64,000 nucleotides of DNA from contig CBDEVD010000006.1 of the NCBI GenBank assembly GCA_965243645.1, positions 9,570-73,569 on the forward strand, written 5' to 3'. Both the position numbers and the translations under genes were made by a program. Below the pieces are notes generated by a model. The model had not been told where the DNA came from. It searched no databases and worked only from the letters and a program-made list of their open reading frames with translations. This stretch comes from Arenicellales bacterium. Its GTDB lineage: Bacteria > Pseudomonadota > Gammaproteobacteria > Arenicellales > JAJDZL01. How positions within the stretch are numbered: the stretch's first letter is position 1; every line of letters begins with the position of its first letter. Shown here piece by piece: positions 17,346 to 26,457 of this stretch.

Positions 17346-18593
17346 TCAAGTCACCTGAAATCCACGCACGTCAATTTCCGGCTCAACACCGGAAATCAAG
17401 TCTGCGGCTATTTTTGCTGACCCACATGCCATGGTCCAACCCATATGCCCTTGGCCTGAATTGACAAACAGGTTATTGAACCGCGTAAATCCAATGTATG
17501 GCGTACCCTGCGGTGTCATGGGTCGGAGGCAGGTTCGGTAGGTGGGTTGGTCGTAATTGGCAGCATTTGGTAAAAGGCTCTTGAGTGCCCCGACCATTGG
17601 TAAGAAGTCCTTGGGTCTATGGCTAAGGTCATAGCCGGCAAATTCTGCTGTTGCGGTCGCTCTGAATTGTTTGCCGATCGGCGCGAAGGCTACCAGGCTG
17701 TCTTCATCGACTGTCCCAATTGTCGGGGGTGCATCATCGGCGCGAACCGGTAGAGTTAACGAGTAACCCTTGACTGGATAAATGGGTAAATCCAATCCGG
17801 CTGATTTCAATAACAGTGGCGTGTGGGCACCCAAGGATACCACGAACAAGTCTGCTTCGATGTTGCCATTGGAACTCGTTACGCATTCAATTTGATCCCC
17901 TGCGGAAATCAATGAGATGATGCGAGTATTGAATTGGAAGTTGACATTTTTCGTGAGACAAACTTCGGCGAGTGCCCTGGCAAATTTTTGAGCATTACCT
18001 GTTTCATCAGTCGGACAATAAATGGCGCCTGCTATTTCGGTGCGCTGACTGCGGTAGGCAGGTTCCAACTCAACGACCTCATCCGTAGTCAAAATTTCAG
18101 TCTGCTGACCGCGATCCGATAGCAGTTTGGAATGTGAAACGCCTTTGCGAAAGGCATCAGAGTTGCGAAATAAATAAATCAACCCGCGTTGAATTCGATC
18201 ATATTCGATCGAATTTTCTGCAACTACAGTGGCGAGACGCTGTTGAGAATATTGACAAAGCGCATGCTTGCGCACTGTATTTCGCTCAGCATCTTTTGCA
18301 TTGCATTCCTTGAGAAATAGTGCGGTCCATTTCCAAAACTGTCGATCGACTCGTAGCCGGATCCGAAAGGCCTGATCATTTCGATATAAAGATCGCATCA
18401 AAATACCAGGCACTTTGGGTGAAGCCCACGCGAACGCGTGGCCTGGTGCGATCATTGAAGCGTTAACGGCACTTGCTTCGGTTGCAGCTTCAGCGCTTGT
18501 GTCAACGACTGTTATTTGATGTTGCCCGCTACGTGCGAGTTCGTAGGCCGTTGTGATACCGATAATGCCGGCACCAAGAACGACGATTCGCAT
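17346..18593 (-). CDS. FAD-dependent D-amino-acid dehydrogenase-like oxidoreductase (DadA/DAO family)
   Basis: 415 aa. MRIVVLGAGIIGITTAYELA is the FAD dinucleotide fold, and the C-terminus NSGQGHMGWTMACGSA is typical of DadA-like enzymes. Confidence 0.8.
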   Translation of the reverse strand: MRIVVLGAGIIGITTAYELARSGQHQITVVDTSAEAATEASAVNASMIAPGHAFAWASPKVPGILMRSLYRNDQAFRIRLRVDRQFWKWTALFLKECNAKDAERNTVRKHALCQYSQQRLATVVAENSIEYDRIQRGLIYLFRNSDAFRKGVSHSKLLSDRGQQTEILTTDEVVELEPAYRSQRTEIAGAIYCPTDETGNAQKFARALAEVCLTKNVNFQFNTRIISLISAGDQIECVTSSNGNIEADLFVVSLGAHTPLLLKSAGLDLPIYPVKGYSLTLPVRADDAPPTIGTVDEDSLVAFAPIGKQFRATATAEFAGYDLSHRPKDFLPMVGALKSLLPNAANYDQPTYRTCLRPMTPQGTPYIGFTRFNNLFVNSGQGHMGWTMACGSAKIAADLISGVEPEIDVRGFQVT

Positions 18594-18640
18594 GACGAAT
18601 ACGTGAAGAATATAGCGTCAGACGATCTGCGGCTCCACCG

Positions 18641-18991
18641 TCAGTCGAGTGCAGCAATAACGCCAATTTCTACATTGAATTGCGGTGCAGCAAGTTTAGA
18701 TTCAACACAGGCACGGGCTGGTTGATGGCCCGAACTGACCCAGGCATCCCACACACCGTTCATTTCGTCAAAATCGCTGATGCTTGAAAGCCAGATCGTC
18801 GCAGACAGTAGTTTTGATTTGTCAGTTCCAGCTTTTCCCAATAATTCATCAATCCGGGCCAGTATGTCTTTGGTTTGTGCTGTGGCGCTTTCACCTGGAG
18901 CGCCAAGGGCAACCTGACCAGCTAAGTAGACTGTGTTATCGTGGATAACGATTTGACTCATTCTTTCATTGGTGTCGATTCGTTGAATCAT
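18641..18991 (-). CDS. RidA/YjgF family reactive-enamine/imine deaminase
   Basis: 116 aa: ...NTVYLAGQVA...ARACVE...VEIGVIA. The length and motifs fit the RidA family. Confidence 0.8.
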   Translation of the reverse strand: MIQRIDTNERMSQIVIHDNTVYLAGQVALGAPGESATAQTKDILARIDELLGKAGTDKSKLLSATIWLSSISDFDEMNGVWDAWVSSGHQPARACVESKLAAPQFNVEIGVIAALD

Positions 18992-19605
18992 TGATTTGCT
19001 CTCCGTTAAATGTTTGTGAAAGTCTTGAGTGAATGGCTCTTCTCCAATTGGAATGGGTCGAGCGCATTATGAAAACAAGATACTGCGTTACTACGTTTTC
19101 AAAATATTATTTCATTTGATTGAGTTCAAGATGCTATTGGATGTTTTCTGAATTCTGATTGTATTCAAACTCAACGTGAACTGACGTCGAAATAAACCAA
19201 GACGTAAATATTGTCTGTTACCAAAAACAGTCAAAAAGCATTTGTTCCTACTTGAATTCCGTCGCGTTGTGTGGTTTGCTATCTCTATGGTACTAAGTTC
19301 GGCTCACTCATTGTGCTCTGAGATCGCGTAATTTATGGGTTTGGAAACTCCCTCAATTCTTGCGTTTCCTGTACGTGGGATTGTCGTGCGTTGCCGAACG
19401 TTGCTGAACTGATGAAACGAGCCATGCAAATGGGGTTGGTGGTTCGCAAGTTCAAAGTTTACCTGAGATGCAACGAGCCGAAGAAAAAGCCTGTCAACTA
19501 CATGACAAATAGATTAGAAGACAAGCGAAGCAGATATCCCACTGAAATCGCTGTCTCATTCAGATAGTACCGACGACCGCGAATCAATACTGATAGGTCA
19601 TCCCA

Positions 19606-19633
19606 TCAGGTAGCTTGGCGCAATTCCTGAATC
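19606..19633 (-). pseudogene. Displaced original 3' end (last 9 codons plus stop) of the rpn-family gene, left behind by the IS insertion
   Basis: Reading the rpn frame across the 9-bp duplication gives ...QIQE|LRQAT*. The stop TGA is the complement of 19606-19608. Confidence 0.6.
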
Positions 19634-19748
19634 GGGTGTGCGTCAGAATTTTGGCAGCAACTCAATTAGCGTATGAAATCTATATATTTTTACCTTATAT
19701 CTGGTAGTATATAATACTGTCATAGTGCCACTATAATACCCATTACCC

Positions 19749-20126
19749 ATGGACACCATCAAACTACTGAAAGCCAAACGCGAAGCCCTGCTGGCTCAAA
19801 TCAGCAAAATAACAGACTTCCGACCCGGTAATTTACTCAAAGTTTACCGCCAATGCGGCAATCCCAACTGCCACTGCGCCCGCCCCGACGACCCCGGCCA
19901 CCCCGGTTGGCAACTGTCGCGCAAAGTCAAACAGAAAACCATCACCCGTCGCATCCCCCATAATGCGGTAGAACTCACCGGTCAACAAGTCGACGAATAC
20001 CAACGGTTCCGGGAACTGGTGCACGAGTTGACCGAAGTCAGTGAATCGCTGTGTGATTTAAAGCTGCAATCGAAGCGTAAAAAAAAACACGACACCAAAC
20101 CCGTTCAAACAAACCTTCGCAGCTGA
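19749..20126 (+). CDS. IS transposase N-terminal ORF (small Zn-ribbon/DUF6788-like part)
   Basis: 125 aa: ...YRQCGNPNCHCARPDDPGHPGWQLSRKV. It ends shortly after an A9 run. The downstream ORF continues in the +1 frame. Confidence 0.7.
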   Translation: MDTIKLLKAKREALLAQISKITDFRPGNLLKVYRQCGNPNCHCARPDDPGHPGWQLSRKVKQKTITRRIPHNAVELTGQQVDEYQRFRELVHELTEVSESLCDLKLQSKRKKKHDTKPVQTNLRS

Positions 20127-20142
20127 AGTTGAACAGGAGATT

Positions 20143-21438
20143 GTGGCGCTGCTCAGTGGTCAGGATTTTTCCCGGTGCGTTGACTTCGATGCGGTTGAAT
20201 GTGCCATCAAAGCCAAGACGATGGCATTTGCTGCATCGGTACTTGAGGTGTTTTTGAACGCCGACACCTCGGATCACCAGACCAATCAACAGCGCTGTCA
20301 ATGTGGTGCAATGGCGCACTACAGCGGCACTCGAAGCCGACGGCTCACCACGGTTGTCGGTTTGATTGAATATCAACGGGCGTATTACCACTGTCGCGCT
20401 TGCAACAGTGGGTTTTTCCCTAAAGACCAGGCCATGGGGCTGGATTCAAGTGCGCTATCACCTGGGGTGGTTCGCATGATCGGTCAAAGTGCGGCCCGGG
20501 AAAGTTTTGCGCAATCGCAGGTTCTATTGCACGAGTTGGCTGGCGTCACAGTCAGCACCAAGCAGGTGGAACGCACTGCAGAGCGCTTGGGTGAACAGCT
20601 AAGTGATCATGAACGCCACGATACTGAACTTGAATCCCCAGCGGCAACGACCATGTACCTGGGTGTTGATGGGACCGGGGTACCGATGATCAGTTCAGCA
20701 ACCGCAGGTATCAAAGGCAAACAGGCCGACGGCAGTGCCAAGACCCGGGAGATGAAGGTCGCGGCTGCTTGGTGGTGTGACCAGTATGATGAACACGGTC
20801 ATGCGCGTACTGCAAAAACCTCGGTGACCTACACCGCTGCGATTGAAACTGCGCACACTGCTGATGTGGACAAACAGTTGGCGCCGTTTGTGCAACGGGT
20901 GGAGCGAGAGGCCTTAAGAAGGGGGTTTTATGATGCCGACACTCAGGTTGTACTCGGTGACGGGGCGCGCTGGATTTGGCAGTGTTTTTCAGAATTGTTT
21001 CCCGATGCCATTCAGATACTCGATGTTTATCATGCCAAAGAAAAAGTTTGGGAGCTGTCGAAACTCATCTATGGCAAAGACACTGATACGGGTAAGCAGT
21101 GGGCTGAAACGACCGTTGAGATTCTCAGGGCTGGTGAGATTGAACAACTCATTGCGCGCCTGAGATCGTTTTCAACCAAGCATGCCGACGTTGGTGTGGC
21201 CATTGGTTATTTTGACCGCAACCGCGAGCGGATGCGTTATGCTGGGTTTCGCGCCCAGGGGCTTAGTGTATCAAGTGCAGTGGTCGAGGCGGGTTGTAAA
21301 AATGTCATTGGGACTCGGTTAAAGCGCGGTGGGATGCATTGGAGTGAAGCGGGAGCCAACAAAATTGCGGCACTGCGCGCCAGCGTCATCAGTAATCGAT
21401 TTGACGATTATTGGTACACGAGAGCCGACAATTCGTAA
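20143..21438 (+). CDS. ISKra4-family (UPF0236-like) DDE transposase catalytic ORF
   Basis: 431 aa: ...YQRAYYHCRACNSGFFPKDQAMGLD..., LGVDGTGVPM, ...VLGDGARWIW...ILDVYHAKEKV. Its frame is open upstream to 20062. Confidence 0.75.
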   Translation: MALLSGQDFSRCVDFDAVECAIKAKTMAFAASVLEVFLNADTSDHQTNQQRCQCGAMAHYSGTRSRRLTTVVGLIEYQRAYYHCRACNSGFFPKDQAMGLDSSALSPGVVRMIGQSAARESFAQSQVLLHELAGVTVSTKQVERTAERLGEQLSDHERHDTELESPAATTMYLGVDGTGVPMISSATAGIKGKQADGSAKTREMKVAAAWWCDQYDEHGHARTAKTSVTYTAAIETAHTADVDKQLAPFVQRVEREALRRGFYDADTQVVLGDGARWIWQCFSELFPDAIQILDVYHAKEKVWELSKLIYGKDTDTGKQWAETTVEILRAGEIEQLIARLRSFSTKHADVGVAIGYFDRNRERMRYAGFRAQGLSVSSAVVEAGCKNVIGTRLKRGGMHWSEAGANKIAALRASVISNRFDDYWYTRADNS

Positions 21439-22423
21439 AATTGCCAATAATTTGACGCACACCCTCCTGAATCTGCTCATGAGTCAATCCGGTATAGTCC
21501 TGAATATCATTTGTCGATAAGCCTTTTGCAATCATCTGCAAGGCAACGAACTCAATCCCTTGCACCTTACCTTGCTCGATCCCGTGTTTGATCCCCCGGT
21601 CCATTCCACGTTCGATCCCTTGTTCAATGCCTTGTGCCACTCCCTGTTCAATCCCTTGTGTAATCCCTTGCTCAAACCCTCTCTCCATAGACCTGCGGTC
21701 CATCTCTGCCAGTCTTGCTTTCATTTCATCCATGGTTGTCACCTCCGTGCTAAACACTCTTTTGCTAAACTCCTGCGCCAGTTCAGCATATAAACTCTGA
21801 TTCGATTGATAAATCCTGGAGTTGATGATTCGCTCGTAAACTTCCAACATCATACCATAGTCGCGCGCATGTCGAATTAACATCAAATCGCCTGCCGGTC
21901 CCTCCAGCAGCACCGCTTTGGCTTCTACTAATCGCGTTTCATCGAGTAGCAGATACTGAAACGATGGCCGCAATTCTGTTAAATCCTCCCCCATCAGTTC
22001 ATCAACCCTTTGGGGTACAGTCCAAGGGGCTTCACCGGTATAAATGACCAGCGGTACAACTGCTGGCAACTGATACGATGGTTGACGCGGTTTCGCCTCA
22101 CGGTACAACGAGGCATAAATGAGTGCCGCGTACGTCAGCATCCTAAGTGGCATGGCCGGGTCCGGTGTGGATTGATATTCAATCTCAACGATCACATACA
22201 ACTGACCTTCACGGTGATGGTAGTCAATCTCCCATAATTGGTCGGCATGCCGTTTGGCTAAATTGTCGCTGATCAATTCAGTTGGCAGCTTGCGCAGCGT
22301 AGAAAAGTCCAGTGCACCTCTTAGATTTTCCGGCAGCGGTGCATGGTCAAGATAAGATCGCACCATCTCCGGTAGTGCGACGAGCCGCTTCATGGCGGCG
22401 TCTTCCTGTCGTTGGTCGGGCAT
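21389..22423 (-). CDS. Rpn-family recombination-promoting nuclease / putative transposase (PD-(D/E)XK, YhgA-like); native coding sequence ends at 21464/21466 and the last 24 codons are IS-derived
   Basis: 344 aa: ...ADQLWEIDYHHREGQLYVIVEIEYQSTPDPAMPLRMLTYAALIY... is the PD-(D/E)XK core. It has the family-typical C-terminal GIEQG repeats. Residues after ...LTHEQIQE are read from the IS right inverted repeat. Confidence 0.75.
   Translation of the reverse strand: MPDQRQEDAAMKRLVALPEMVRSYLDHAPLPENLRGALDFSTLRKLPTELISDNLAKRHADQLWEIDYHHREGQLYVIVEIEYQSTPDPAMPLRMLTYAALIYASLYREAKPRQPSYQLPAVVPLVIYTGEAPWTVPQRVDELMGEDLTELRPSFQYLLLDETRLVEAKAVLLEGPAGDLMLIRHARDYGMMLEVYERIINSRIYQSNQSLYAELAQEFSKRVFSTEVTTMDEMKARLAEMDRRSMERGFEQGITQGIEQGVAQGIEQGIERGMDRGIKHGIEQGKVQGIEFVALQMIAKGLSTNDIQDYTGLTHEQIQEGVRQIIGNFTNCRLSCTNNRQIDY
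21551..21685 (-). repeat. In-frame 12-bp (4-aa) tandem repeat array inside the rpn gene
   Basis: About 11 units: RGFE QGIT QGIE QGVA QGIE QGIE RGMD RGIK HGIE QGKV QGIE. This array also generates the spurious plus-strand ORFs at 21560..21800. Confidence 0.8.
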
Positions 22424-22636
22424 TCCCTTGCTCCTTTCGATTGTGATGAATGATTGCTTGCCGTATCCGCATCAGAACGCAAAATGAATACAGCCACAAT
22501 TAAGACTGGGCTTTTGTTCCGCGCGGTGGTGGGTTCAAATCAATAACGTTATTATCTCTCCTGTCAGCGAGCATTACCTCTTCAATGACAACTTTTTTAT
22601 TTTTACATTAGTATTCTTACGGAAGAGCCGAATAAA

Positions 22637-23521
22637 TTATTGGTTTTCTAATGGATGGATAGGATCGATCCACCGGTCTCTAAAAAGTCGCCGTAACATT
22701 TGGAAATATCCTTTGTAGTAGAAATTGCCGTTGGCGTTCAGAATCTCGGCGCGACGTTGCTGGTAGACACTACTAACATCTTGCCACGGCAAGGCTGGAT
22801 TTTCGTGGTGTACCCAATGGAAATTGTTATTGAGATACAGCAAGCGACTGACAAATGAACCTTCCACAATAATTGATCTTTGTTTAGCGTCGTTTGACCA
22901 TCGATGTTCTGTATAGGACCGAAGTAGTGTCAAAGAAATTCCAGGATAAACAAAACATAGCAGGTATTTCCAAAGCGGCATTGCAGTCACAAAATGGACG
23001 AACAATGCAATCGCAGAACAAGCGGTGATATGAACCAACCACACACCAGCCGCGCTTTTGTCTCCGGCAAGAATTTTGGACGCTTCGCTTATCCAAAGAC
23101 GGTGCAGTGCTACGAAAGGTCCAATAAGCAATCGACCGAGCAGCGTGAAATTAAAACGATAAATTGATTGACTTAGCGTATTCAGACTGTCCCAGTGCGC
23201 TCTTGAAAGATAAACGGATTCCGGGTCTGATTCAACATCAGTTAGCGTTTCGACTTTGTGGTGAACAATATGTGAGTCGCGATAAGTTTGATAGGGGTAA
23301 AAAAACGCGAGCGGCGGGTACACCAATAGCGTATTAAGCCAGTGCCAACGAGTTGGATATCCGTGCACCGCGATGTGCTGTAGACTGCCATGCAGGCAAA
23401 CCAAGTATCCTCCCATGATGAACAGCAGTAGGGTTGGCATCGAGTTACCATAGATTACGATGACAAACCAGGTTAGATATATTCCAAAAGTTATTGTCAA
23501 ATCGACGAATAATCTATTCAT
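22637..23521 (-). CDS. Membrane fatty-acid desaturase family protein
   Basis: 294 aa with three His boxes: HIAVH, HIVHH, HWVHH. It has several TM segments. Confidence 0.75.
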   Translation of the reverse strand: MNRLFVDLTITFGIYLTWFVIVIYGNSMPTLLLFIMGGYLVCLHGSLQHIAVHGYPTRWHWLNTLLVYPPLAFFYPYQTYRDSHIVHHKVETLTDVESDPESVYLSRAHWDSLNTLSQSIYRFNFTLLGRLLIGPFVALHRLWISEASKILAGDKSAAGVWLVHITACSAIALFVHFVTAMPLWKYLLCFVYPGISLTLLRSYTEHRWSNDAKQRSIIVEGSFVSRLLYLNNNFHWVHHENPALPWQDVSSVYQQRRAEILNANGNFYYKGYFQMLRRLFRDRWIDPIHPLENQ

Positions 23522-24103
23522 GATTGATCTTTAATAATGCCGAATTACAGAAAATATTGAATAGGCAGTTATTTGATGTGTGATGTGCGCCAGCACGTAA
23601 TCAATGAAAACATAGAACCTAAGTTGTTTTACTCAGGCTGAGTTCCGATATTTGAAAAGTATAGACGAATCAGACTTAATCGAAAGGATCTAGAATCCCT
23701 CCAAGAGAATTTCCGGATACAAGGATACTGGGAAATGGAGCAAGGGGAGCGACAATCTGTGGTTCAAATGAGTAAGCTGCCTTTGGGGCGGGCCGCAATC
23801 AATTGGTGTGCAGGTATGCCGCGGCTTGAAGGGTTCGGCAGGTCTTAAGCACGGCATCTCGCCGGTAAATTCCGAGTTAATCCGATACTCAGTGCAATAG
23901 GCGCAGTAAACTCACACTGATTCGGTGGCGTAAAGGGTCAAATCGAGCGTTCAAAGCCAGGTGGTTGACGTTATTCGAGGCGTATGTCGATTTTCAGACC
24001 GATATTTTCCGATTAAGGGATTGCTTTAAGGTTTTTTCTATAAAATGCAAGTAGCGTTGTGAACCAGTCCATACATTGACTATTTCCGTGGAGGACAATA
24101 AAA

Positions 24104-24601
24104 ATGAAAATTAATTTGAAAAACAATGTTTTGAAAACAGGAAACTTGTTGCTTCTCGGCCTTTCAGTGTTGGTGCTTGCAAATCCCGTTATGGCAAACG
24201 ATTGTAGTTTTGAAGTTACACAAGATCCTGTATCAGTCGACGAAGGGAAACGTGCTAAATTCGAAATCTCGATTAAGTGCGACGTAAGTAAATGGTCATG
24301 GAAGACATTTCGTTATGCTTACCGCACAGTAGATGATACCGCAGAGAGTTCGGATGACTATTCCGGTAAAACTGGGAACCACACCTTTAATAACCCACAA
24401 CGCGGCACCACTTATGTTAAGACCACTCGTGTAACAACCAAAGCTGACAATGTTTGCGAAAGTATCGAGACATTCGATATGGACTATGATCTGCAGGGTA
24501 AGACAAAGGCAGGATGGACGGATTGGACTTCAGGTGCCGGTGGATTGCCTGGAAGTTTCAAGATTAGTGCTAATATCGCAGATCAAACCTCAGGGTGTTA
24601 G
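24104..24601 (+). CDS. Small secreted protein with a Calx-beta-like domain
   Basis: 165 aa. The signal peptide is LLLLGLSVLVLANPVMA|ND. The pattern VDEGKRAKFEISI...YRTVDDTAESSDDYSGKTGNHTF...ESIETFDMDYDL resembles the Calx-beta consensus (V-EG...F-V-L...DGTA-AG-DY...G-L-F). Confidence 0.55.
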   Translation: MKINLKNNVLKTGNLLLLGLSVLVLANPVMANDCSFEVTQDPVSVDEGKRAKFEISIKCDVSKWSWKTFRYAYRTVDDTAESSDDYSGKTGNHTFNNPQRGTTYVKTTRVTTKADNVCESIETFDMDYDLQGKTKAGWTDWTSGAGGLPGSFKISANIADQTSGC

Positions 24602-25114
24602 TCGTGCAGCCACTAACTTAGGCGAGTCTCTTACCACCAAGAGGCGGTAAAAATACAGTCATCATCTTGACGAGCAGGACTTGCTCGCGTTACTCTAAAC
24701 CACAGTAGGTCTTCACTGTCGCAAGGAGACCGAGATCACATCAGTCTGCCTTTGTCTGCACACCGTGAAAAGCTGTTCGCAGGAGAATTTACCCGGACAG
24801 AATTAACCGCGACGTAAAGAAGCGGTAAATTCAGTTGTAACCCTCTGGCCGCGACACACCGTGCATCGGCAAGCAGCAGGCAAATCCTCGAATTTGTCCT
24901 TAATAGTAGTCGATATTTCGCGAATGTCGCTCTGAATGGGCTAGTATCGGCACAGTTCCGCATACAGACCTCCCGGACAAGGCAACCCGATCCCGCGGGT
25001 GGGGACATCGGCGACAAGCAGTCGGAGCTGAGATGCTAAGATTGACAGTAGCAAATCTTGCTATGTTTCCAAACAATAATGCTTTGTAGATTGCTGGGAA
25101 TCAAGTCTTGGAAT

Positions 25115-26457
25115 CACTAGTGTCCCAACGTTTAATCGAATAAAGTCAATTGTTTAGGGAAATCGCAACTGTGCTGTTTGTACTGCGATTCCGCAAATAG
25201 TTGTATTAATGGCTTTTTTTCGAATAGGACTGATCGAAATATTTGTAGCAAATTGTACATACTCGCCTCGACATGAAACCGTTTTTTGATGATTGCAACC
25301 AGCACATAAACCGATACGGCAATCCAAATCTGGGTTTTGACCGCATTGTCGCTGTGTCCATAGAACGCTTTAATCCGTAAATGTTGCTTGAGCCACTTGA
25401 AGAACAGCTCCACCTGCCATCTTTGCTGGTATAAATCGGCAATGGTTTGTGCCGGTAATATTTTGTTGTTAGTGAGGAACACCAAGGTTTTTTTTCTGGC
25501 CCGATCGACATACTTGATGCGCCGCAATCGACTGGGGTAGCGTTTCGCGGTTTGCGTACCAGTGAGCACGATGGTTTGATCGCAAATCAATCCGTCGGTG
25601 CGATCGACTTTGTGAGTGTAAAGCCGGTGCCACTGGGTGTTGGATTTACTGCGTACCACAAAATAGCTGCCCTGACATTCCATCTGGTAGAGTCGCTCGA
25701 AATCCAGATAGGCGCGGTCCATCACGCAGATATCACCAGGCTGGAACACTAACTGATCGAGGATATTGACATCATGTAATTTGGCTTCGGTGATTTCAAT
25801 AAACGATGGAATATTGCCTTGCAGATTCAATAAAGTATGAATCTTTATGCCGGCTTTGTGGGTGCGAAATGCGGCCCAAGGAAACAGTGATAGACACAGG
25901 TCTACGGTTGAGGAATCCAAGGCGTAAACGGTCTCGTCGAGCTGGAGTTGAAAATCATCTTTGCTGTAAAGAGGCTGGGCGATGCAAATTAAGCGCTGTG
26001 CGAAATCAGCATACAGTTGCCAGCTACGCACCTGGTTGGCATTGGCTAAGGTGTTGCGGGCAACACCGGCGGGCAGTCCCAGATGGTACAATTTGTCAGT
26101 GTGTGCGCGTAGGCAAATTTCAATTTCTCGTAAACTTTCCAGTTGCAGTAGTTGGGCAATCGCGAGGCAGCGAAATTGGTGCGAACAGCGAAATGATTTC
26201 ACTTTGTGATGGGCATCGTAACGAACGACGCAACGATCAAAAGTGTGCCAAGGTAATTCATTCATAAGTTGGGTAAATACAAATTGGCCTTCAAACATAA
26301 TCTATGGGCTCCTGATTGATTTTTTTGACTGTGGCGGGGTGTGTGGGACGAAAATGAGTCGTCTAGATTCAAGTCTCCAACACCCCAATACAGTGTTTTA
26401 GTTTATTTTTATCAACAGGATAGAAAGATTTTGTTCCTCAACGTTGGGACACTAGTG
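25115..26457 (-). mobile_element. IS4-family insertion sequence, 1343 bp, with 9-bp target-site duplication
   Basis: Perfect 18-bp terminal IRs CACTAGTGTCCCAACGTT (25115-25132) / AACGTTGGGACACTAGTG (26440-26457). Direct repeats TCTTGGAAT lie at 25106-25114 and 26458-26466. Confidence 0.85.
25132..26298 (-). CDS. IS4 family DDE transposase (with DUF4372-like N-terminus)
   Basis: 388 aa: ...VYALDSSTVDL..., ICVMDRAYLDFERLY..., LYQQRWQVELFFKWLKQHLRIKAFYG (the Y-2-R-3-E-6-K region). Confidence 0.9.
   Translation of the reverse strand: MFEGQFVFTQLMNELPWHTFDRCVVRYDAHHKVKSFRCSHQFRCLAIAQLLQLESLREIEICLRAHTDKLYHLGLPAGVARNTLANANQVRSWQLYADFAQRLICIAQPLYSKDDFQLQLDETVYALDSSTVDLCLSLFPWAAFRTHKAGIKIHTLLNLQGNIPSFIEITEAKLHDVNILDQLVFQPGDICVMDRAYLDFERLYQMECQGSYFVVRSKSNTQWHRLYTHKVDRTDGLICDQTIVLTGTQTAKRYPSRLRRIKYVDRARKKTLVFLTNNKILPAQTIADLYQQRWQVELFFKWLKQHLRIKAFYGHSDNAVKTQIWIAVSVYVLVAIIKKRFHVEASMYNLLQIFRSVLFEKKPLIQLFAESQYKQHSCDFPKQLTLFD

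Larger units (their letters stand above)
19634..21464 (+). mobile_element. ISKra4-like insertion sequence, 1831 bp, with 9-bp target-site duplication
   Basis: IRL is GGGTGTGCGTCAGAATTTTGGCA (19634-19656). IRR is TGCCAATAATTTGACGCACACCC (21442-21464). They match at 20/23 positions. Direct repeats TCCTGAATC lie at 19625-19633 and 21465-21473. Two consecutive transposase ORFs lie inside. Confidence 0.8.

Noticed and set aside
21560-21800. Plus-strand ORFs of 70-77 aa with repetitive PLF/PCS-type sequence
   Set aside because: They are the antisense reading of the 12-bp tandem repeat (GIEQG array) in the rpn gene. They are an artefact of repeat periodicity.
22515-22550. A GGGTTCAAATC string resembling a tRNA T-loop
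   Set aside because: The flanking bases cannot form a T-stem or an acceptor stem, and no D-arm or anticodon arm could be drawn. It is not a tRNA.
23806-24765. A 9-bp inverted repeat, GGTGTGCAG (23806-23814) / CTGCACACC (24757-24765), bracketing the Calx-beta-like gene. It could mark cassette or element ends.
   Set aside because: The match does not extend beyond 9 bp. About one such match is expected by chance between two ~400-bp regions.
24736-25017. 93-aa minus-strand ORF in the same block
   Set aside because: It has an odd composition rich in Arg, Cys and Leu, no start context and no motif. It is probably a chance ORF in GC-rich non-coding DNA.
24602-25105. I tested the GC-rich non-coding block by eye against tmRNA, RNase P RNA, SRP/6S RNA, the cobalamin and glycine riboswitches, and group II intron 5' ends and domain V.
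   Set aside because: Only short partial resemblances were found: GTCCGGG, GGTAAATTC, CACCG...GGCAA...CAGGCAAA, and a B12-box-like AAGGAGACC. They are in the wrong order or lack the essential conserved cores. No confident assignment is possible without a covariance-model scan. I kept this only as a low-interest finding.
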